Translations under genes and position numbers: made by a program
Assembly (NCBI GenBank): GCA_027053075.1
Contig: JALUEE010000049.1
Span: 1 to 14,695, forward strand
DNA: 14,695 nt
Reading direction: 5' to 3'
DNA from: a candidate division WOR-3 bacterium
Lineage (GTDB): Bacteria; Hydrothermota; Hydrothermia; B15-G9; WFZT01
In this document: positions 7,381-14,694 of the stretch, one piece after another
Numbering within the stretch: position 1 is the first letter of the stretch
How the letters are laid out: the number at the start of each line of letters is the position of its first letter
The notes under the pieces: generated by a model
Databases searched by the model: none
Seen by the model: only the letters and a program-made list of their open reading frames with translations
Told to the model about the DNA's origin: nothing

Positions 7381-10050
7381 CTACAGATTCCTCAGCCTTT
7401 CCTCTAATTTCTCTAATTTATCTTTGAACTTTCCAAGCTTTTCTTTTTCTCGTTCGACGACTTCCTTTGGCGCCTTCTCGAGGAAGTTTTTATTGGATAG
7501 CTTTTTAACAAGCTTCTCTATTTGCTGCTTCAGCGCATTGACTTCCTTTGAAATCCTCGACCTCTCTTTCTCTATGTCAATAATATCTCCAAGTGGCACA
7601 AAGAAGGTCATTCCGTGGGTGTGGATTGTTGCAGCCTTTCCGGGGGCATCGGTAACCTTTTCAATTTTCTCCACCTTTGCAAGAAGCTCTAAAACCGGTA
7701 ACTTTTCCTCAAGAATAGGCACAAAGGCCTCAGCCTCGGGCATTAAGGCCTGGAGAGTGAGCTTCGTATTCTTGGGCAGGTTAAATTCGGCCCTGATCTC
7801 CCTCAATCCTTCCACCACCCCTTTGAGTTGCTCGATATATTCCTCTGATATTGGGTAGGAGTGCTCATCTTTCTCTGGCCAGGGGGCCACCATGATGGAC
7901 TCACCCTCTTTATTCGGAAGCCTCTGCCAGATTTCCTCGGTAATAAACGGCATGTAAGGATGTAGAAGCTTCAGGAATCTATCGAGCACGTAAAAAGCAA
8001 CACTGAGAGCACTGTTTTTGGTCGAACTATCCGCAAGTCTCGGCTTGATCATTTCAAGGTACCAGTCACAGAATTCACCCCAGAAAAATTCGTAGAGTGT
8101 CCATGCGACTCCATTGAAGTCAAATCTATCAAGGCCATTGGTGACTTTGTCTATGGTCTCGTTGAGCTTTGTTAATATCCATTTGTCTTCAAGCTCGAGA
8201 TTCTCAGGAAGGCCGCTCCATTTATAATTGTCATCGAGGTGTAAGAAAAGAAGCCTTGTGGCGTTCCATATTTTGTTGGCAAAATTACGTCCCACCTCGA
8301 GTCTCTTGTCACTATAGATGATGTCCTGACCCTCAGGTGCAATGAGCATGAGCCCCATTCTGACCCCGTCAGCACCATATTTTTCGAAGAGCTCAAGGGG
8401 ATCAGGAGAATTTCCGAGGGATTTTGAAAGCTTCCTACGCAGTTCATCTCTTATAAGGCCGTTCAAGTAGATGTATTCAAAGGGTTCTTTCCCCATGAAT
8501 GCATACCCGGCCATTACCATTCTTGCAACCCAGAAGAAAAGAATATCCCAGCCTGAAATAAGCACATCGTTGGGATAGAAATAACGCAGGTATGGTGTAT
8601 CCTTGGGCCATCCGAGCGTCGAGAAGGGCCAGAGCCAGGATGAGAACCATGTGTCCAAGACATCTTCGTCCTGCTCGAGGTTTGGCGAACCACAGTGTGG
8701 GCACTTTTCGGGTTTTTCCTTGGCCACGGTCATTTCACCGCAGTCTTTGCAGTAATAAACTGGTATCCTGTGCCCCCACCATATCTGGCGCGAAATACAC
8801 CAGTCTTTCACATTCTCAAGCCAGTGAAAATAGACCTTCTTCCAGTTTTCAGGAACAATCTTAATGGTCCCCTCTTTTACCGCTTTTATCGCGGGCTCGG
8901 CGAGGGGTTTCATTTTAACAAACCACTGCTCAGAAAGATAGGGCTCAATCACGGTGTGGCACCTGTAGCAGTGACCCACAGAGTGACTGTAATCCTCGAC
9001 TTTTTCAAGAAATCCCGCATTTTTGAGGTCTTCTACAACCTTTTTCCGTGCCTCAAGCCGGTCAAGTCCCCTGTAAGGGCCGGCATTCTCGTTCATCCTG
9101 GCCTCGAGGTCGAGCACTACCACGTGAGGAAGGTTGTGCCTCTCTGCAATCTCGAAGTCATTGGGGTCGTGTGCAGGCGTGACCTTCACAGCTCCGGTCC
9201 CAAACTCAGGGTCAACGAGTTCGTCGGCGATAATTGGAATCTCTGGTGGAACTTCCTCTCCCTCTCCTTCGATGGCGAAGCTCTTTCTCACCCAGTTAAT
9301 GAGAGGCAGGCGGACCTTTTTACCAATCAGATGTTTGTACCGCTCATCGTTGGGATTTACGGCGACTGCTGTGTCACCAAGGTAAGTTTCAGGTCTTGTG
9401 GTGGCAACGACGATGTATCCATCCCCATCCACAAGGGGATATTTTAAATACCAGAGGTGAGAATGCTCCTCTGAATACTCTACCTCATCGTCGGCAAGTG
9501 CAGTGCCGCATCTCGGGCACCAGTTAATGATTCTTGTGCCTTTATAGATTAAACCTCTTTCATAAAGTCTAACAAAAGCCTCAATTACGGCCTCATACAT
9601 GTCGGGGTCCATGGTGAATTTGGTTCTTGACCAATCAGCGGAGACCCCGAGCTTTCTAAGTTGCTTTAAAATTGTGTTGCCGTACTTCTCTTTCCACTCC
9701 CATACTCGTTTGATAAATTCCTCTCTGCCAAGGTCGAAGCGGGTTTTTCCTTCTTTTGCGAGCTGCCTTTCAACCACGTTCTGTGTCGCTATTCCAGCAT
9801 GGTCAATCCCGGGTTGCCAGAGGGTTTCGTATCCCTGCATTCTCTTCATTCTGATAAGGATATCCTGCAGGGTGTTGTTTAGCACGTGTCCCATGTGAAT
9901 TTTTCCAGTGACGTTGGGGGGTGGCATGGAGATGGCGAACTTCTTTTTGCCGGGTTTGGGCTCAGCCTTGAAGTAGCCTTTTTCTTCCCAGAATTTGTAC
10001 CATTTGTCCTCGACTTTTCTATGGTCGTACTTCTTGTCCATTTCGATCAT
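7381..10050 (-). CDS. valS: Valine--tRNA ligase
   Basis: PPPNVTGKIHMGH (HIGH), DHAGIATQ, VATTRPET and GTGAVKVTPAHD (editing domain), DWCISRQIWWGHRIP, DVLDTWFSS, KLSKS (KMSKS), C-terminal coiled coil FLEKAPKEVV; 889 aa. Confidence 0.99.
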   Translation of the reverse strand: MIEMDKKYDHRKVEDKWYKFWEEKGYFKAEPKPGKKKFAISMPPPNVTGKIHMGHVLNNTLQDILIRMKRMQGYETLWQPGIDHAGIATQNVVERQLAKEGKTRFDLGREEFIKRVWEWKEKYGNTILKQLRKLGVSADWSRTKFTMDPDMYEAVIEAFVRLYERGLIYKGTRIINWCPRCGTALADDEVEYSEEHSHLWYLKYPLVDGDGYIVVATTRPETYLGDTAVAVNPNDERYKHLIGKKVRLPLINWVRKSFAIEGEGEEVPPEIPIIADELVDPEFGTGAVKVTPAHDPNDFEIAERHNLPHVVVLDLEARMNENAGPYRGLDRLEARKKVVEDLKNAGFLEKVEDYSHSVGHCYRCHTVIEPYLSEQWFVKMKPLAEPAIKAVKEGTIKIVPENWKKVYFHWLENVKDWCISRQIWWGHRIPVYYCKDCGEMTVAKEKPEKCPHCGSPNLEQDEDVLDTWFSSWLWPFSTLGWPKDTPYLRYFYPNDVLISGWDILFFWVARMVMAGYAFMGKEPFEYIYLNGLIRDELRRKLSKSLGNSPDPLELFEKYGADGVRMGLMLIAPEGQDIIYSDKRLEVGRNFANKIWNATRLLFLHLDDNYKWSGLPENLELEDKWILTKLNETIDKVTNGLDRFDFNGVAWTLYEFFWGEFCDWYLEMIKPRLADSSTKNSALSVAFYVLDRFLKLLHPYMPFITEEIWQRLPNKEGESIMVAPWPEKDEHSYPISEEYIEQLKGVVEGLREIRAEFNLPKNTKLTLQALMPEAEAFVPILEEKLPVLELLAKVEKIEKVTDAPGKAATIHTHGMTFFVPLGDIIDIEKERSRISKEVNALKQQIEKLVKKLSNKNFLEKAPKEVVEREKEKLGKFKDKLEKLEERLRNL

Positions 10051-10060
10051 AATGCCCTTA

Positions 10061-10089
10061 ATTTTACCTGTGACATCTTAAAAAATCAA
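10061..10089 (-). promoter_or_regulatory. Putative sigma70 promoter of valS
   Basis: Minus strand TTGATT (10089-10084) - 17 nt - TAAAAT (10066-10061), 10 nt upstream of ATG 10050. Confidence 0.6.
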
Positions 10090-10157
10090 TTTTTTGAGAG
10101 TCCTTTAGAAAATTCATTTTCTTATAATCTGCATTGGCGAAACAACTGGCTCTAAGT

Positions 10158-10215
10158 TTCCCTCCCCCACTTGCAAAGCAAGTGGGGGAGGGTGTAGGGA
10201 GGGGGCATTCCGCTT
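10158..10215. repeat. Palindrome + purine mirror tail (copy G)
   Basis: Perfect 15-bp stem at 10160-10192, loop AAA; perfect mirror gggggaggg-tgta-gggaggggg; tail cattccgctt. Confidence 0.9.
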
Positions 10216-10300
10216 GAGAATTAGAAATTCAAGATAAATACAATCTATACAAATCTGCCGCTGAGTTGAATAAAAAATTTTATTTTGAATTTATCCGGGA

Positions 10301-10363
10301 AATTTGATATATGTGTCCCCTCTCCTTTATCCTCTCCCCGCAAGTATTTATGCGGGGAGAGGA
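10301..10363. repeat. Pyrimidine mirror tail + palindrome (copy H), inverted relative to copy K
   Basis: Perfect mirror cccctctcct-tta-tcctctcccc; 13-bp stem at 10330-10363 with an 8-nt loop; the reverse complement aligns with 12837-12900. Confidence 0.9.
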
Positions 10364-10410
10364 GTCTTTGCGTTTGGAAATATCCAAATACACTCATTTG
10401 GGTGTTGTCA

Positions 10411-10439
10411 TTGTAACTTATCCTCGGATGTGTTAAAAT
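10411..10439 (+). promoter_or_regulatory. Putative extended -10 sigma70 promoter of the sigma54 activator gene
   Basis: TTGTAA (10411-10416) - 17 nt - TAAAAT (10434-10439), with a TGn extension (TGT 10431-10433). Confidence 0.65.
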
Positions 10440-10446
10440 TCTTTAC

Positions 10447-12255
10447 ATGAGTGTGGTCAAGGCAAGGGCATTTAGAAAAGTTTTTATCTCCCCCGAAAAA
10501 TTAGAGGAGAGGAAATCCCAGAATGCGAATTTAATCAGCATTATTGAGACCCTTTTCAATGAGTTTAACGTGCGGGAAAACCCATTTACCGTTTCATTCA
10601 CTGATATCGACCGTGTAGTATTGCTTTTAACAGGTAAAAAGCGAGACCCGTTTCTTGAAGAGGGACTTGTCCTGAAAGAAGAATTTGTCGGCAAAACTGC
10701 CATAAATCAGTCCATGAAGTTGGGACACACTGTAGTTTTGAGAGGCGAAGAGCACACATTGCACGCCCTAAAGGACTGGTATTGTGCCGCCGCACCGATC
10801 AGAGACCTGAAAGGCAAAATTATTGGCAGCATTGGCATTTCCACCACTGAGGAAAATTTCCCGGATTATGCTCACGGTATAGTTTCTTCACTTGCGAGAG
10901 CAATTGAAAATGAAAATAACCTGAGGATTGCCCTTGAAGAGGTAGAGGTTTCCCGAAAATACCTCGAAATCATCAGCGAGGCATCCAAGGATGGAGTTTT
11001 GTGTCTCGATGCCAATGGAAAGATTCTCTATATCAATGAAGCCGGGACGCGTATTCTGAAAATTGACCGCGAAAAGGCAATCGGAAGGCATGTTACAGAC
11101 ATCGTTGATTTCACTCCGGTGATCCTCAACGTGTTTAAAACCCACAAAGGCTATGTGGATAAGGAATTCATCATAGAGAGTCCGTCTCGGGGGCTCCTGC
11201 ATTTTATCAAAACTGCTGTGGTTGTAAGGGACAAGGACGGCAACTTTTCAGGAGTGGTGGACTTTTTCAGAGAGATAAATCGGGTCAGGAATTTTGTCAC
11301 CTCCTACATTGGTGCCGAAGCGAAGTTCACCTTTGATGATATTATTGGGGAAAATCCAAGGATAAAAGAGGCCATAAAAATTGCAAAAATTGCCGCACGT
11401 TCCAATTCCTCTGTTTTGATCACCGGTGAAACGGGCACAGGAAAAGAGATGTTTGCCCAGGCCATCCATTTCGAAAGTGATCGCTCAAACGGGCCGTTTG
11501 TAGCCATAAACTGTGGTGCTATCCCGCGTGACCTTGCAGAGAGCGAATTTTTTGGCTATGAGCCCGGGGCTTTCACCGGTGCATCCAAAAAGGGCAGACC
11601 TGGAAAATTTGAGCTCGCCGATGGCGGGACTCTCTTTCTTGACGAGATTGAGGAGCTCCCGCTTTCACTTCAGGCAAAGCTTTTGCGAACCCTCCAGGAC
11701 AAAGTGGTTACCCGTGTTGGAGGCACAAAATCCCTGAAGGTAGATGTAAGAATCATTACTGCATCCAATCGCGACCTCGTGGACCTTGTTAACCGCGGTG
11801 ATTTCCGGAAAGACCTCTATTACAGGCTGAATATCATTCACATCGAAATTCCACCATTGCGGGAACGTAAGGACGATATCCCACTCCTTGTCTCACATTT
11901 TATCCACAAGTACAACGTATCGCTGGGTAAGAATATCAAAAAGGCTGATAAGTCATTCTTGAAGCCATTGGTGCAATATGATTTTCCTGGAAATGTCAGG
12001 GAATTAGAGAACATAGTGGAGCGGGCAGTGAATATTGCCGAGACACCGGTTTTAACCGCTGAGCACCTGCCTCCGTATGTTTTGAATACCCATTCTCGAA
12101 ATGAGCCGGTGAAGACCTTTGATGAGATCAGGAAAGAGCTCCTTGAGGAGACATTAAAGAGCACCAATTTCAATATATCAGAGACTGCGAGGAGACTACA
12201 TATCTCTCGCCCCACAGTTTACAAACTCCTCAAAAAGTATGGGTTGAAAAAGTAG
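10447..12255 (+). CDS. Sigma54-dependent Fis-family enhancer-binding protein, GAF-PAS-AAA+-HTH (AcoR/DhaR-like architecture)
   Basis: GAF (WYCAAAPIRDLKGKIIGSI), PAS (DGVLCLDANGKILYINEAG), Walker A GETGTGKE, ESEFFG, intact GAFTGA, Walker B LFLDE, FRKDLYYRLN, FPGNVRELEN, C-terminal HTH NISETARRLHISRPTVYKLLKK. Confidence 0.95.
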   Translation: MSVVKARAFRKVFISPEKLEERKSQNANLISIIETLFNEFNVRENPFTVSFTDIDRVVLLLTGKKRDPFLEEGLVLKEEFVGKTAINQSMKLGHTVVLRGEEHTLHALKDWYCAAAPIRDLKGKIIGSIGISTTEENFPDYAHGIVSSLARAIENENNLRIALEEVEVSRKYLEIISEASKDGVLCLDANGKILYINEAGTRILKIDREKAIGRHVTDIVDFTPVILNVFKTHKGYVDKEFIIESPSRGLLHFIKTAVVVRDKDGNFSGVVDFFREINRVRNFVTSYIGAEAKFTFDDIIGENPRIKEAIKIAKIAARSNSSVLITGETGTGKEMFAQAIHFESDRSNGPFVAINCGAIPRDLAESEFFGYEPGAFTGASKKGRPGKFELADGGTLFLDEIEELPLSLQAKLLRTLQDKVVTRVGGTKSLKVDVRIITASNRDLVDLVNRGDFRKDLYYRLNIIHIEIPPLRERKDDIPLLVSHFIHKYNVSLGKNIKKADKSFLKPLVQYDFPGNVRELENIVERAVNIAETPVLTAEHLPPYVLNTHSRNEPVKTFDEIRKELLEETLKSTNFNISETARRLHISRPTVYKLLKKYGLKK

Positions 12256-12505
12256 GGGTCCGAGGTCTGTTGGATGATCACATCTTTAGAAAGTTTTGAT
12301 CAGGGAAAGTATTTACCCACCCACCTTTAACTGTAATGCGAGGGCTTACTTTGGGGGCTCAACTTTGACACTATTTCCCAAAACGATTGATATTCAATCA
12401 ATTTCTGTGTACCACTATTTTGACATTCAAATTTGAAAATCCGCAAAAATGCGACAAAAATTCTCCGCAAGTGTCAAACTTGAGTTAGGATGGGAATTTT
12501 TAAGG

Positions 12506-12530
12506 GGGCGCCGCGCGAAGCGCGGCGCCC
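12506..12530. repeat. All-GC palindrome, GAA triloop (copy I)
   Basis: Perfect 11-bp stem gggcgccgcgc-GAA-gcgcggcgccc containing the GCGAAGC minihairpin. Confidence 0.85.
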
Positions 12531-12760
12531 ACACCCCCAGATTTTCCATAATGAATCCCCCTCCACGCATAAAGTACACAGAGCATTTTGGCAGGATTAT
12601 GATGATTTTATACCTATACAGGTTAAACCTTAAATTTTCAGATGAGGGTGTAAATGTCCACAGGCTTTGCTCGTAGGGAAGGGCGTTTTTTTTGAGATTG
12701 CAGGGAGAATTGAGGTAAGGAACACATCTGAAGAATTTTTCGGTCAAAATCCACAAATCT

Positions 12761-12797
12761 CCCTCTCCTGCTTTGCGGGAGAGAGCAGGGGTGCGGG
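12761..12797. repeat. Degenerate BoxC-like copy (copy J)
   Basis: ccctctcctgctttgcgggagagagcaggggtgcggg aligns with copy E, ccctctcccgcttgcgggagagggtaggggagaggg. Confidence 0.75.
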
Positions 12798-12836
12798 TGT
12801 TAAGTTTTGGAATATCCTGCTTCCATAAAAAATATT

Positions 12837-12900
12837 TCCTCCCCCCGCATAAATTTGTTTGCGGGGGGAGGATGAAAGGAGAGGGGTCACATCATAAATT
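12837..12900. repeat. Palindrome + purine mirror tail (copy K)
   Basis: 13-bp stem at 12837-12872 with a 10-nt loop; mirror ggggggagga / aggagagggg (1 mismatch); inverted homolog of copy H. Confidence 0.88.
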
Positions 12901-12986
12901 CTTTATCAAAAATCCGTCTCCACCCTGTGTGTGAAAGGTTGTGGTGAGGATTTGCGTTTTGATTCCTCAAATTTTTGAACGGAAAG

Positions 12987-13032
12987 CCATCTCCCATTGC
13001 CCTTCCCCGCCTGCGCAGCAGGCAGGGAAGGG
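12987..13032. repeat. Palindrome with GCA triloop and degenerate pyrimidine tail (copy L)
   Basis: cccttccccgcctgc-GCA-gcaggcagggaaggg (13000-13032, one C-A mismatch), preceded by ccatctccc. Confidence 0.8.
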
Positions 13033-13071
13033 ATATCGATCTGCAAATTTTCCACATTACCTTTGATTTTA

Positions 13072-14694
13072 TCAGTTCACAACCACTGCCTTAAATCTCT
13101 CTACACCCCGCGTTTTCCTCACCTCTATGAAATACACTCCTGACCCCAGGGAGAAATGCAGATGATTTTGCCCTCTTATCGTCCTGATTTCCCTTTCCAG
13201 TATCTTCCTTCCATCAACTCTGTAAACTGCGACTTTCACCATCTCCCCGTGAGTTCTGATATCAAAGTTCAAGCCATGTGTGCTCAAAATCCCCGGAATT
13301 TTATTTTCCCTTATCTCCTCATGAATGGGTGATTCAACAATTCCAGTCATCGGTGAGCTTCCATAGAGCTTTGTTACCACGGAGTCGCTTCTTATGATGT
13401 AATGTCCACCGTTATCAACGACAAAGCCGTCCACCATCCATATATATAGAGGTCCGTGATAATTACTATCGAACAATTTCTCGTGAATCACCTCACCTGT
13501 ATTCCCATCAAGTTCAGCATAAAATCTGCTACTGAATACAACAACCCTGCCAGAATTCGGATCAAATTTGACGAAGGCCTTGTCATAACCCCCAGAATCA
13601 ACGAGAGTGGACCAGAGGGTGTTTCCATTGGAGTCTATTTTGTAGACATATAGGGAATCGTAATTTATCCCCGCGGCAAAATAGTTCCCATTGGGCCCCA
13701 CATCTATACTCACTATCCCATAGTTAGCAGCATTAAATTCGTTTACCCACATAGCATTGCCGCTGGCAGGGTTAATTTTCATCAGAAGTAACCTTCTCCC
13801 CGTGCCATCATTTGCCCAACCTCCAATTACTACACACCCACTACTATCCAGAGCAATTGACATTACTTCCACATGTTGAGCTAAGTAATTACGATTGACC
13901 CATAAAGTGTCCCCATTTTCATGGCTAATTCGGGCAACCGTAGGTCCTCTGTCACCGTTTGAATACACACTATTTCCAGCCACAACAAAATCCCCGTTCG
14001 GAAGTGCCACAATTTTTTCAAAAGTCCCACGTGACAGAGTGTAGTACCATGTGCTCAGGCAACCGTTGTTATCCATCCTCGCGATCGCGTAGTTGTCTGA
14101 GTTTGTCATCCTTCTGGCCAGAAAAACCACTGTGTCCTGCTTTAGAGTAAAACTTTTTACATCGTAGAAATCAGTAGTGCAGGATACAGTAGAAATTGGG
14201 TCTCCGAGCGAGTCCATTTTTTCAAAGCCTATAACAAGCTGGTCGTATCCCAGAGGTTGTGCAATGGGGAGAAGATAATTTCCATCAACGGATATTCTCA
14301 TCGAATTATCTAAGAGCATATAAGAGTGAACACTATAGTTTTTATACCACATGATTTCGCGATCAACAGGTGTGAATTTCGCTACAATAACTGCACCTGT
14401 GTCACCAAAATAGTTGTAGCCGCATGCAACGTAATTACCAGACGTATCAAGTGCCGCTGACATGAATTCACCATTATCCCAGTCTGATGGAGCGAAGTCA
14501 TATTTATATTCTTCATAAACCAAATTCCCTCTGTAAGGAGCAAGTACGATTATCCAGGGGTAAAGAAGACTGTAATAATCCACTCCACCTGCGATGAAGT
14601 AGTAGTTGTTTTTGTCCACAATTAGCGATTTGGGATGTGTGTTGTAATATGTCCAGCCCCTGAAAGCATGAGTGGTAGTCCACTCCCTTTGCAA
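13072..14694 (-). CDS. Secreted beta-propeller-like protein with a T9SS type A-like C-terminal sorting domain; 5' end outside the window
   Basis: Blade-like repeats VDKNNYYFIAGG, ALDTSGNYVACGY, ALPNGDFVVAG, ALDSSGCVVIGGW, VGPNGNYFAAG and KIDSNGNTLW. After the linker GIVES come VYRVDGRKI and LGSGVYFIEV...KAVVVN*. The frame is open to the window edge. Confidence 0.8.
   Translation of the reverse strand: MQREWTTTHAFRGWTYYNTHPKSLIVDKNNYYFIAGGVDYYSLLYPWIIVLAPYRGNLVYEEYKYDFAPSDWDNGEFMSAALDTSGNYVACGYNYFGDTGAVIVAKFTPVDREIMWYKNYSVHSYMLLDNSMRISVDGNYLLPIAQPLGYDQLVIGFEKMDSLGDPISTVSCTTDFYDVKSFTLKQDTVVFLARRMTNSDNYAIARMDNNGCLSTWYYTLSRGTFEKIVALPNGDFVVAGNSVYSNGDRGPTVARISHENGDTLWVNRNYLAQHVEVMSIALDSSGCVVIGGWANDGTGRRLLLMKINPASGNAMWVNEFNAANYGIVSIDVGPNGNYFAAGINYDSLYVYKIDSNGNTLWSTLVDSGGYDKAFVKFDPNSGRVVVFSSRFYAELDGNTGEVIHEKLFDSNYHGPLYIWMVDGFVVDNGGHYIIRSDSVVTKLYGSSPMTGIVESPIHEEIRENKIPGILSTHGLNFDIRTHGEMVKVAVYRVDGRKILEREIRTIRGQNHLHFSLGSGVYFIEVRKTRGVERFKAVVVN

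Noticed and set aside
10134..10151. Candidate sigma54 promoter ttggcgaaacaactggct (also ttggcaggattatgatg near 12587)
   Set aside because: The required GG-N10-GC spacing is not met in either case.
7424..10155. Plus-strand and alternative-frame ORFs inside valS (e.g. 7424..7858, 8695..9447), and similar shadows inside other genes
   Set aside because: They overlap well-supported genes and are explained by codon bias on the opposite strand or frame.
10051..10446. T-box riboswitch upstream of valS
   Set aside because: No T-box consensus (AAnnnnGGTGGnACC-like) or terminator/antiterminator was seen, and a promoter-like sequence lies only 10 nt from the start codon.
12427..12756. ORFs 12427..12756 (-) and 12449..12676 (+)
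   Set aside because: They span palindrome I and AT-rich DNA, overlap antisense to each other, and show no protein-like motifs.
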